DNA of 64,000 nt from Candidatus Omnitrophota bacterium (lineage in GTDB: Bacteria > Omnitrophota > Gorgyraeia > S143-82), in NCBI GenBank assembly GCA_015494465.1, contig WGBD01000002.1, positions 197,267 through 261,266 on the forward strand, in the 5' to 3' direction. Every line of letters starts with the position of its first letter. The stretch's first letter is position 1. Below are positions 35,302 to 43,749 of this stretch, piece by piece. Below the pieces are notes generated by a model. It did not search any database. It saw nothing but the letters and a program-made list of their open reading frames with translations, and had not been told where the DNA came from. The position numbers and the translations under genes were made by a program.

Positions 35302-35744
35302 TGAGGTTGCTTCCCATAGACACCATACGATTTGCCTCCCTCCACGCACCGTTCGCCATCCTCATCGCAATGGTACTCGTATCCAAGGTCCGCAACCGCC
35401 TGCTTCCCAACATACTGACGATACTCCTGTGCCTGTACTCTGCCTACTCTCTCATCGCATCCATCCTCATCTCCCAGATACTAGCCACTAAACAGAGACC
35501 CGGTTATCTCTTCGTCGAGAAGATACGCCCTTACCTCCGATCCCAAGAGGTCATTTGCAGCCAGGACATACAACTGCCCTGGTATCTGGTAGACAATCCC
35601 GTAGGAAAGGTCTCTCGGGATAGACAAGGAGAATACCTGCAGTGGAAAGGCTGTAAAGCCCTGGTCATAAGGAGGGAAAAGGGTCAGTGGGTCCTCTTGA
35701 AACCCAAGGAGTACGGGAAGGACACCAAATCATCCCCTAAGTAA
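35295..35744 (+). CDS. membrane protein (3 TM plus soluble C-terminal domain); may be a continuation of the preceding gene
   Basis: ATG at 35295 (MVVRLLPIDTIRF...). ATGGTAG overlap with the upstream gene. Different frame. Confidence 0.4.
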   Translation: MVVRLLPIDTIRFASLHAPFAILIAMVLVSKVRNRLLPNILTILLCLYSAYSLIASILISQILATKQRPGYLFVEKIRPYLRSQEVICSQDIQLPWYLVDNPVGKVSRDRQGEYLQWKGCKALVIRREKGQWVLLKPKEYGKDTKSSPK

Positions 35745-36874
35745 TCTCCCTCGCACAACACGACCGCCCGGTGGATGCAGTTCTCCAGTTCCCGCACATT
35801 GCCCGGCCAATCGTAGTCCAAAAGGACCCTCATAGCGGAGTCAGTGATGCCCTTTATCTCCTTGCCCACCTTCTTGCTATACCGACGGAGAAAGGCCTCT
35901 GCCAACAGGGGGATGTCTTCTTTCCTTTCCCGCAAGGGCGGGACATATATAGGCACCACATTCAACCTAAAGAACAGGTCTTCCCGGAACCTTCCTTCCT
36001 TCACCTCCTGGGCCAGATCCCGATTGGTGGTAGCCACCACCCTCACATCCACCTCGACAGGGGAACTTCCCCCTATCCTATCCACCTCTCCCTCCTGAAG
36101 GACCCGCAACAACTTCGCCTGCAGGTGGAGGGGCATCTCCCCTATCTCGTCCAAAAGTATCGTTCCCCCGTGGGCGAGTTCAAACTTTCCCTTGCGGGTG
36201 TAGACCGCTCCGGTAAAGGCCCCCTTCTCGTGGCCAAACAACTCCGCTTCCACGAGGGTATCGGGTATTGCCGCGCAGTTCACCCTCACATAGGGCCCAT
36301 CTGCCCGCTGGCTCAAGGCGTGGATCCTGCGGGCGATTAATTCCTTCCCCGTACCGGTCTCACCCATTATGAGGACCGTCGCATCACTGCAGGCAATCTT
36401 CTCCAACTCCCTTTTGAGGGCCCTTATAGGAGCGGACTCCCCTATGAACTCCTCCCCCACCTCCGACTGGCACCTAACCAGTTCCTTCAACCGGACATTT
36501 TCCTCTTTCAGCCTGTGGGCCTCCAGGGTCTTCTCCACCACCACCTCAAGTTCGTCGGCGGAGAAGGGCTTCATGATGTAATCGCTGGCGCCCTTCTTCA
36601 TGGCGGTCACCGCGGTGTCCACCGTTCCGTAGGCGGTAATCATTATCACCGGCAGGTTGGGGAATTTCTCCTTCACCTTCTCCAGGAACTCTATCCCCGA
36701 CATCTCGGGCATACGCATGTCGGTAATCACCAGATCGCAACCGCCCTTATCCAAAAGGGAAAGCCCCTTCTTCGGCGAATTCACCGCCCTAACCTTGTGG
36801 CCCGCCTCCTTAAGGACCATCCTCAAGGACTCCAAGACCAGATCGTCGTCGTCCACGACTAATATGGAAGCCAT
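35684..36874 (-). CDS. sigma-54-dependent response regulator lacking a C-terminal DNA-binding domain (FlgR-like)
   Basis: Start at ATG 36872-36874 ([11 protein letters not shown]), with SD GGAGGT. REC domain plus AAA+ sigma-54 activator domain ([21 protein letters not shown]). The protein ends ~25 aa after the AAA+ domain. No Fis-type HTH. Confidence 0.8.
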   Translation of the reverse strand: MASILVVDDDDLVLESLRMVLKEAGHKVRAVNSPKKGLSLLDKGGCDLVITDMRMPEMSGIEFLEKVKEKFPNLPVIMITAYGTVDTAVTAMKKGASDYIMKPFSADELEVVVEKTLEAHRLKEENVRLKELVRCQSEVGEEFIGESAPIRALKRELEKIACSDATVLIMGETGTGKELIARRIHALSQRADGPYVRVNCAAIPDTLVEAELFGHEKGAFTGAVYTRKGKFELAHGGTILLDEIGEMPLHLQAKLLRVLQEGEVDRIGGSSPVEVDVRVVATTNRDLAQEVKEGRFREDLFFRLNVVPIYVPPLRERKEDIPLLAEAFLRRYSKKVGKEIKGITDSAMRVLLDYDWPGNVRELENCIHRAVVLCEGDYLGDDLVSFPYSLGFKRTH

Positions 36875-37686
36875 ATAACGACCTCCGCCCCTTTTTCCCA
36901 ATTCCCGAACTCCACCTCTCCCCCGTGGGCCTCCACTATCCGGCTGGTTATCGCCAGCCCCAACCCGGTCCCTTTGGTCTTAGTGGTGAAGAAGGGCTCG
37001 CACAACCTTCCCATCACCCCTTCGGGGAATCCCGGGCCGGTATCCCTTACGGATATCCCAACCCTGCCTCCCCTCACCTCGCAGGACAACCAGATCTGAC
37101 CTTTATCCCCAACCGCATCCACCGCGTTGTCCAATACATTCAACAGGGCCCTCTCCAGATAATCCGGATCCGCGGAGAACCTCACCTCCTCGTCGGAGAC
37201 GGAAAGGGTTATATCCTTGCCCTCCAAGGCAGGGACCAGAAACTTCTGCATCCTTCGGGAAAGGTTCCGCCAGGAGACCTGCACCTTGTTGAGGGATATG
37301 TCCTGGGCGAAGTTCAGGATGTCCCCTATTATCGACTCCATCCTATTAACGCCCGCCCGGATGTTCTCTATCAGCTCCCTCGCACCCGGATCTCGAACCT
37401 TCTTCTCCAACATAGATACCGACAAGGAGATCCCTGCCAGCGGATTCCTTATCTCGTGGGCAAGGGTGGCCGCCATCTCCCCGATGGCTGCAAGACGCCG
37501 GGAACGCTCCAACTGCTCGGTAAGCTCTGCGATCCTGCGCTCCAGGACCGCGTAGTACTCTATCAACTCCGCGCTGGTCTTGGAAAAGGCGTCAAAGGCC
37601 TTTATCAGCTCCTCAGGTGGGGTCTCTCTTGCCAGATCACCGCCGGCGATCGACGAATCTGGCCTCTTTACCGGTTCCCTTTCCAT
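36859..37686 (-). CDS. cytoplasmic sensor histidine kinase (FlgS/FleS-like)
   Basis: 275 aa, no TM segments. HisKA H-box LAHEIRNPLAGI. HATPase_c N/G boxes. It overlaps the regulator start by 16 nt. Confidence 0.75.
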   Translation of the reverse strand: MEREPVKRPDSSIAGGDLARETPPEELIKAFDAFSKTSAELIEYYAVLERRIAELTEQLERSRRLAAIGEMAATLAHEIRNPLAGISLSVSMLEKKVRDPGARELIENIRAGVNRMESIIGDILNFAQDISLNKVQVSWRNLSRRMQKFLVPALEGKDITLSVSDEEVRFSADPDYLERALLNVLDNAVDAVGDKGQIWLSCEVRGGRVGISVRDTGPGFPEGVMGRLCEPFFTTKTKGTGLGLAITSRIVEAHGGEVEFGNWEKGAEVVIWLPY

Positions 37687-38068
37687 AGTACGCCTTCACC
37701 GCCTTCTTGCCCGCGTTCACCTGGGAAAGGTCCGCCTCCAGACGATCCTTACTTTTCTGGACCTGTTCCACCAACACCCCTTCCAACTCCAACAGCCTCT
37801 TCACCACCGCCTCTATCTCCTCGAAAAGGGCCGCGATCCTCTCCTTTTCCTCTCTAGGGAGATCCCCCCGATTTTGCTTCCACCACATCTTCAGTTCGGC
37901 GAGCCTGTCGTCTATCGACTGTATCTTCAATACCAATTCTTGCTTTTTCTTCAGGGCAGAGAACAAAAAATCCACATCCCCGCCCCGTTCCACCTGCTGG
38001 TTGGAGATCTCCAGCATCTGCCTGTACAGGTCCAGTTCCTCCTCCAGCCCTGCTATCAGGGCCACCAC
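37637..38068 (-). CDS. small coiled-coil protein, FlgN-like/flagellar chaperone-like (tentative); start uncertain
   Basis: Candidate GTG starts at 38065/38068 or the ATG at 38017. Sequence ...LVLKIQSIDDRLAELKMWWKQ...EEKERIAALFEEIEAVVKRLLELE. It overlaps the kinase start by 50 nt. The longer track ORF overlaps the upstream TPR gene. Confidence 0.35.
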   Translation of the reverse strand: MVALIAGLEEELDLYRQMLEISNQQVERGGDVDFLFSALKKKQELVLKIQSIDDRLAELKMWWKQNRGDLPREEKERIAALFEEIEAVVKRLLELEGVLVEQVQKSKDRLEADLSQVNAGKKAVKAYYGKGTGKEARFVDRRR

Positions 38069-38076
38069 CTCTTTAT

Positions 38077-41000
38077 TCACTTCTTCAACTCCTCCAAAAG
38101 CTCCTTTGCCTGATCCAGTTTCTGCCGGATCTGGGCCTCGTTCTTCTGCCAGTGGGCCTCCTTCGCCCATATGCTATCCGGGTACTTCTCTATAACCGCG
38201 TCGAAGTAGACATTCGCCTTGCCGATGTTCCCCTGCATCTTGTAGCACATCCCTATCTGATACAGGACCCAATCCGGGACATCCTTGCCTTTGTCCTCGT
38301 ACACCTGCTTGATCTTCTTGTACATCTTCAAGGCGCTCTTAAAGGCCCCCATGCGGTAATTGGTGTCTGCCAGCTTCAGCAAGGCATTCATTATAGCATC
38401 GAAGGCCTCGGGATCCTTACCCCCTATTTTTAGAGAAATCCTGCCGCCTACATCCTTCAGATCCGCGTCGTAATAGCGGAGCAGACGGGTCAGATACTTG
38501 GCGTACAACTTGACCGCAGGACCGTAATCGCCCTTTCCCACCAAGGCATCCGCCTCGAGTCTCAACAGCTCCGTGAGGCGCTCCCAGTCCGTGGTCAAGG
38601 CCCGGGCGTTCTTGAAGGCCTCGTAGGCCTCCTCGTACTTCTCCAAGCGCATGTAGATCTTCCCCAAGGACTCCCAGGCCAAGGCCTTTAGGGCCCTGTC
38701 GCCCAGAAAGCGGTTCCTGGCTATGCGTTGGTACTGATCTATCGCCTCTTGGATCTGGCCTGCCTCTTCGTAGGTCCGTCCCAGCATGTACCTGCACTTG
38801 AACCTCCAAGGACTCAAGGGAGAACTGCGGATAGCATCTTTGAAACTCTCTATTGCCTTGGCATAATCTTGGTTATAAAAATAAGCAATGCTGAGACGGT
38901 ACATGATCTTGCCCCTGTCCAGGGCCTTGTACTTCTTGAATTCGGTAAGCACCCCAACGAAGACACCAATCGCCTTCTGATACTCGCCTGACCGCAGTAG
39001 GGCATCTGCCTTGGCGAGGTATATCTTGAGCCTCAATCTCTTCTCGTCTTTGGGGATCTTTCTCAAGAGCTTGTCGTAGACCTTCACCGCGGAGATGTAG
39101 TCCCCTCCCAACTCGTACATTCTCGCAAGGTACCAATAGGCCTTCCTTACCTCGGGGTAGTCGGGATACTTCTCTACCAGCGTCCGCAACCACCTCTGGG
39201 CATCCTTGAACCTGACTTGATGGGCCAAGGTCTGGGACAAGAGGAACAAGGCAGAGGGAAGTTTCTCCCACTTGTAAAACCTCTCCTTTAGATCGTACAA
39301 TAGGCGCTCCGCTCGCTTGAAGTCCCTCTTCTCAAAGGCAAGGAGCCTGGCAGCGTCGTAAAGGGCCTGCGCAGACAACTCGTCGTACTTAAACCTGGTC
39401 GCCAACTCGATGTAGGTATCGATTGCGGAATCGATGTCTCCTTTCAGTTCGTAGGCCTGGCCCTTCCTCAACAACAGCTCTGGCAAGAGGTCCTTGGGCA
39501 GATCCTGCTCAGCCGCGCTGTAGACCGAGATCGCCTTGTCGATCTGCCCCGACTTTATCAAGGCATCCGCATAGCGGAACAGGACCTCGGAAAGGTGGGG
39601 ATCATTCTTATAGTCCTCAATGAACAACGGGGCGGTCTCTATTATCCTATCCCAACGCTTATCCTCGGTATACCACCTAACCAATTCGTAGAGGGCCAAG
39701 GGCCGGTAGGGGCTACTGCCTTGCTCCTTAATCAACCGCCACAACTCCTTTTCAGCGGACTCCTCGTCACCGCTGTGCTTGTAGGACAGGGCCAGATAAT
39801 ACCTGGCCTCGTCTATCATGTTGGAGAACGAGAACCTCTCCAAGAACTCCTTGTAGTGCTGGATCGCGGTAGGATAGTCCCCCATTCTATAAGCACTGTG
39901 GGCGATCCGCAAGAGTGCCTTTTCCTTGTTGAGCATCCTGGGAGAGTGCTCGTAGGCAAATCGATAATACTCCATCGCCTTTGCGTACCTCTCTTCTTCC
40001 GGGAGATCTGCCCGCTTATCGAAAAAGGCATCGCCCAATACTATACTGGCATCGTCCAGGAACTTGCTATCTGGAAAGCGGGTCTTGAGTTCCTGAAATA
40101 GATCCTCCGCGGTGGCGTAGTTCTCCTTCTCCACCATCTTATACATCAGGGCAAACAGGTCCGAATCGCTGTAGCCAGCGAATTGGCGGGACTCGGTGGC
40201 CGTGGGTTCCTTCTTGGAAACGGACAAAAGCCTGACCACCCCGATAGCGATCAACAAGAAGGACAATAAGGATAAGGCAAAGATACCATAGGCCAAGAGC
40301 GGAGGGAACGCAGGCACTGCCTTGCTCTCAGATGGAGATGACTCTTGGGAGGAAACATCCTGCACGGTCTCGACCGGAACTGCGGAATCGGTTATCTCTG
40401 TAGAGGGGACATCCTGAGGGACCTCTATGTCCTTGTTGGTATCTACGACCTCTTCCTTTATCTCTACTTCGTCTATGCTTATCTTCTCTTCCGAGGACTG
40501 CTCTTTTTCAGAGGAAGCCGACGGCGCAGGGCCCTCTCCCAGCAGAAGGGCGCGTTCGTCCCCCACGCCCTCAGGGACCTCTTCGCCACCTGGAATCTCC
40601 TCCTGCGCCGTCTCTTCCTCACCCCCCTTTGTGCTACTGTCAACAGCAGCCTCTTGGTGCGGAGAACCCTGCACCTCTCCGACATCCTCAGCGGTCCCTA
40701 CCTCTTCGACCTCGCTCTTATCACCTCCTTCCTCCTTTGCCTCTTCGGTGCCTTCCGTTTCCTCTCTGCCCTCTCCGGACTCTGGTTTGGCCTCCGCCTC
40801 CCCCTCGGAGGCCTCCCCCTCTGCCTCTGAAGTCTCCTTTTCCTTATCACTCCGGCCCTCGTCTTCTAAGACCTCTTTAGGGCCTTTATCTTCCTGCTCC
40901 CCTTCGTTCTCCCGTTTCTCCTCTTGCCCTTCCTCCTCTTCTGGCGCGGGTTCCTCTCCCACCGTCTCTCCCTGCCCCGCAACCCTATCTTCTCCCTTAT

Positions 41001-41217
41001 CCCCTTTCGCCTCCTCCCTTTCCTCCTCAGGCTGGGCAGACTCCGGACCCCCTGCCTCTATCTCAACCCCCAAAAAGTCCTTTATCCCAGCCACTACTTC
41101 GGGAGTAAGTTCTATCTCGTCGTCGCCGGTCAACTCCTGTCCCACTACCACGCTGATGGCGCAGGAGAGTTCGGTCAGGTCCAGATTGTACTTCTCCGCC
41201 AGTTCCCTTAACTTCAT
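38077..41217 (-). CDS. 1046-aa membrane protein: N-terminal SAP/HeH-like segment, ~250-aa acidic low-complexity linker, one TM helix, ~700-aa TPR-repeat domain
   Basis: N-terminus MKLRELAEKYNLDLTELS. Linker E/G/K-rich. TM helix AFPPLLAYGIFALSLLSFLLIAIGVV. More than 15 TPR-like repeats. Translationally coupled (ATGA) to the upstream MerR gene. Confidence 0.6.
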   Translation of the reverse strand: MKLRELAEKYNLDLTELSCAISVVVGQELTGDDEIELTPEVVAGIKDFLGVEIEAGGPESAQPEEEREEAKGDKGEDRVAGQGETVGEEPAPEEEEGQEEKRENEGEQEDKGPKEVLEDEGRSDKEKETSEAEGEASEGEAEAKPESGEGREETEGTEEAKEEGGDKSEVEEVGTAEDVGEVQGSPHQEAAVDSSTKGGEEETAQEEIPGGEEVPEGVGDERALLLGEGPAPSASSEKEQSSEEKISIDEVEIKEEVVDTNKDIEVPQDVPSTEITDSAVPVETVQDVSSQESSPSESKAVPAFPPLLAYGIFALSLLSFLLIAIGVVRLLSVSKKEPTATESRQFAGYSDSDLFALMYKMVEKENYATAEDLFQELKTRFPDSKFLDDASIVLGDAFFDKRADLPEEERYAKAMEYYRFAYEHSPRMLNKEKALLRIAHSAYRMGDYPTAIQHYKEFLERFSFSNMIDEARYYLALSYKHSGDEESAEKELWRLIKEQGSSPYRPLALYELVRWYTEDKRWDRIIETAPLFIEDYKNDPHLSEVLFRYADALIKSGQIDKAISVYSAAEQDLPKDLLPELLLRKGQAYELKGDIDSAIDTYIELATRFKYDELSAQALYDAARLLAFEKRDFKRAERLLYDLKERFYKWEKLPSALFLLSQTLAHQVRFKDAQRWLRTLVEKYPDYPEVRKAYWYLARMYELGGDYISAVKVYDKLLRKIPKDEKRLRLKIYLAKADALLRSGEYQKAIGVFVGVLTEFKKYKALDRGKIMYRLSIAYFYNQDYAKAIESFKDAIRSSPLSPWRFKCRYMLGRTYEEAGQIQEAIDQYQRIARNRFLGDRALKALAWESLGKIYMRLEKYEEAYEAFKNARALTTDWERLTELLRLEADALVGKGDYGPAVKLYAKYLTRLLRYYDADLKDVGGRISLKIGGKDPEAFDAIMNALLKLADTNYRMGAFKSALKMYKKIKQVYEDKGKDVPDWVLYQIGMCYKMQGNIGKANVYFDAVIEKYPDSIWAKEAHWQKNEAQIRQKLDQAKELLEELKK

Positions 41218-41546
41218 TGCCCATCGCTCGCTTCACCCTTTTTCCGCTCGCTGTCGAACTCCTGCTCCAAGATGTCCCGTATCTGCAACAGACTGTACCC
41301 TTGTGCCTTCAACTCCTTTATCCGCTTCAGGCGGGGGAAGACATCCTCCCCGTAAAGCCTGTGCCCCGAGGGGGTGCGAGAGTGCTCTTTTATCAACCCT
41401 AACTGAGTGTAGTTGTGGAGGATCTGACGAGAAAGCCCGGTGTAGTACATCACCTCGCCGATCTTGTAGAGCTTGGGAGGGATGAGCACATCGTCCGGAG
41501 ATCCCGGTGGTTGGTTTTGCAAGTTATCTTTTTCGTTATTCAACAT
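41214..41546 (-). CDS. MerR-family transcriptional regulator
   Basis: ATG at 41544-41546 (MLNNEKD...). The track start at 41564 is a TTG. HTH KLYKIGEVMYYTGLSRQILHNYTQLGLI. The stop overlaps the start of the next gene. Confidence 0.7.
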   Translation of the reverse strand: MLNNEKDNLQNQPPGSPDDVLIPPKLYKIGEVMYYTGLSRQILHNYTQLGLIKEHSRTPSGHRLYGEDVFPRLKRIKELKAQGYSLLQIRDILEQEFDSERKKGEASDGQ

Positions 41547-41581
41547 AAACTTTGCCTTTGGCAAATTGCTATGTGAATAAT

Positions 41582-41605
41582 GACATGTACATTATACCTC
41601 ATGTC
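41582..41605. promoter_or_regulatory. inverted repeat GACATG-N12-CATGTC spanning a TATAAT -10 box on the minus strand; candidate MerR promoter/operator
   Basis: Read directly. The minus-strand TATAAT is at 41591-41596. A second palindrome TTTGCCtttGGCAAA sits at 41551-41565, abutting the MerR start. Confidence 0.35.
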
Positions 41606-41740
41606 TTTTTTGTATTGTATCAGAAAAATTGTCTAATACCAAAAATTTTTTCTCTTTTACGATATACATTTTATGAATTGTAAAAATAAAGCGCAAAGGC
41701 TAGTGAGGCAACTTAAAAGGCTGGAATTGGCCTGTACTAG

Positions 41741-42421
41741 CTACCTTCTCCTGCGCCGGAAAGAGAAGAGGACGGGAAGGGCGAGCCCCAACAGGGACAG
41801 CGAAGCGGGTTCGGGGACGATCCCTTGCAGGCCCCCTTCACCCTTTTTGGCGAGGATCCAGGCGGAGGTATAGGGGTCGCTCACCGCGTCGTCCGCAATA
41901 TAGCCCTTCTTTCCTCCGTAGGTATACACATTCCCCGACATGGTAGAATAAGAGGTGATCCTGTATATGTACCGCCTAGTACTCGGCCCAGTCCCTGAGG
42001 CCACATCAGCGATCCTGCCTATCCAGTACCTGTAATAGGTCATACCCGAGAGCTTGTCCCTAGTGTAGGGGAATACCGACCAATCCTCGTCTATCACTGG
42101 GACGAGGGTAGCGACCTCATCTTCCCTCGCTAGGCGCCACGATCCGTACCCTGAAAAGTCGTACCCGCTTACCGCCATCTCACTTGCAGGGACTATGGCA
42201 TCCAAGATAGACTGGATGTCAAACAGCGTCTTCTGGGTAAAGAGGCCCAGATTCCGCAACCACACCACCTCGTTGGTGTCGTCGTAGACCACGCTTAGCT
42301 GTCTTCCGTTATAGATAAGGTTGGAGGGCGTTAAGATGGCTATCGAGGCATAACCTGTTAGCACCACCCCACTGAGCAACCAGACTGCCACACCCACGGA
42401 GGAAAGCACCAACCTCTTCAT
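41741..42421 (-). CDS. PEP-CTERM sorting-domain protein (exosortase substrate)
   Basis: 226 aa with a signal peptide. C-terminus VPEPASLSLLGLALPVLFSFRRRRR, i.e. PEP motif, TM helix and Arg cluster. Confidence 0.65.
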   Translation of the reverse strand: MKRLVLSSVGVAVWLLSGVVLTGYASIAILTPSNLIYNGRQLSVVYDDTNEVVWLRNLGLFTQKTLFDIQSILDAIVPASEMAVSGYDFSGYGSWRLAREDEVATLVPVIDEDWSVFPYTRDKLSGMTYYRYWIGRIADVASGTGPSTRRYIYRITSYSTMSGNVYTYGGKKGYIADDAVSDPYTSAWILAKKGEGGLQGIVPEPASLSLLGLALPVLFSFRRRRR

Positions 42422-42433
42422 GGCCTACCTCCT

Positions 42434-42449
42434 TGTGAAAAATTTCACT
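42434..42449. promoter_or_regulatory. CRP/FNR-type site TGTGA-N6-TCACT upstream of the PEP-CTERM gene
   Basis: TTGTGAAAAATTTCACTA read directly; 9 of 10 positions match TGTGA-N6-TCACA. It lies 13 nt upstream of the start codon, which is unusually close. Confidence 0.3.
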
Positions 42450-42660
42450 ATCACTTGTACCAAAGACCCTGATTCTCATGCGGTCTTTAAATGATTCTAA
42501 AGCAAAACCACTCCACTTTCAAGTGTTTTTACATGTTTAACATAACATTAACATAACCATGAGAGAAACAAGGGGTATCAATCCTGCCCGATGCGAATCC
42601 TTTCCGTTGCGTTCCCAGCGAATACCCGATATACTATCTTCAACGCGCGAGGAGGTCCCG

Positions 42661-43749
42661 ATGGCACTCCCTGCTCTACGCATCAAGGACTTTACTTTGA
42701 AGATCCCCATCATCCAAGGAGGGATGGGGGCTGGTATCTCCATGGCCCCCTTGGCCAAGGCGGTGGCACGGGAAGGGGGTATGGGGGTCATCTCCAGCGT
42801 GGCCCTTGACCAACTTACTAGTGCTCGGGTAGGTAAGAAGCTGAACATATACGAGGCGGTCATCCGGGAGATCCGAGACGCCAAAGAAGACGGGGGCGTG
42901 ATCGGGATCAACATTATGGTGGCCTTGTTCCGGGACTACATCCCTTCGGTGCAAGGGGCCCTGGACGCAGAGGTGGACGCAATAATATCCGGGGCGGGCC
43001 TGCCCCTGCAACTACCAGAGATCGCCAGAAAACACCGCAAGGACTTCCGCACCGCCCTAATCCCTATCGTCTCTTCGGACAGGGCCTTGGAGATAGTGTG
43101 TAAGCGTTGGAAGCGCTTCGGATACCTGCCTGACGCGGTGATCTTGGAAGGGCCCAAGGCAGGTGGGCACCTAGGCTGGAGGAAAGTTCAGGACATACAA
43201 AAGGAAGAAAATTCCCTCGAGAACCTCCTACCCCCCGTACTCAAGGTGGCGAAGAGGTACGGCAGGATTCCAGTGATAGTAGCGGGTGGTATCTACTCCC
43301 ACGAGGACATCGTACGCTTTCTCGAGATGGGTGCCAGCGGAGTACAGATAGGCACTCGGTTCCTCGCCACCTACGAGAGCGGTGCAAGCGAGGAATTTAA
43401 GCGAATGGTGGTCTCCGCCACAAAAGAGGACATAATCGTTGCGGAACGCCCGGGATCGCCTTGCGGTATGTTGTTCCGACTCCTCAAATATTCTCCCATG
43501 TACCAAGAAACCTTAAGGCAGGCCCGCCCACCAAAGTGCGATCAGGGCTATGTACTGTACAACAACTATTGTCCTGCCATGGACGACAACAAAGACTTCT
43601 TCTGCATATGCAACGGACTTCTGGGGGCGACGATATACGCTAACACCAGGGAGAAACCGCTCTTTACCGTGGGAGAAAATGCCTGGAGAATCGACAAGAT
43701 AATGTCAGTGAAAGAGCTGATCCATGATCTGGTTAATCCTGAAAAATAG
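42661..43749 (+). CDS. nitronate monooxygenase / FabK-like FMN-dependent oxidoreductase
   Basis: Start at ATG 42661 (MALPALRIKDF...) with SD GAGGAGGT 5 nt upstream. Motif IIQGGMGAGIS and TIM-barrel NMO-family layout. Confidence 0.7.
   Translation: MALPALRIKDFTLKIPIIQGGMGAGISMAPLAKAVAREGGMGVISSVALDQLTSARVGKKLNIYEAVIREIRDAKEDGGVIGINIMVALFRDYIPSVQGALDAEVDAIISGAGLPLQLPEIARKHRKDFRTALIPIVSSDRALEIVCKRWKRFGYLPDAVILEGPKAGGHLGWRKVQDIQKEENSLENLLPPVLKVAKRYGRIPVIVAGGIYSHEDIVRFLEMGASGVQIGTRFLATYESGASEEFKRMVVSATKEDIIVAERPGSPCGMLFRLLKYSPMYQETLRQARPPKCDQGYVLYNNYCPAMDDNKDFFCICNGLLGATIYANTREKPLFTVGENAWRIDKIMSVKELIHDLVNPEK

Noticed and set aside
40300-41100. Repetitive DNA that might suggest a CRISPR-like or tandem-repeat array
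   Set aside because: It is the coding sequence of the polyacidic E/G/K-rich linker of the 1046-aa protein. There is no regular repeat-spacer periodicity. No CRISPR array was found anywhere in the window.
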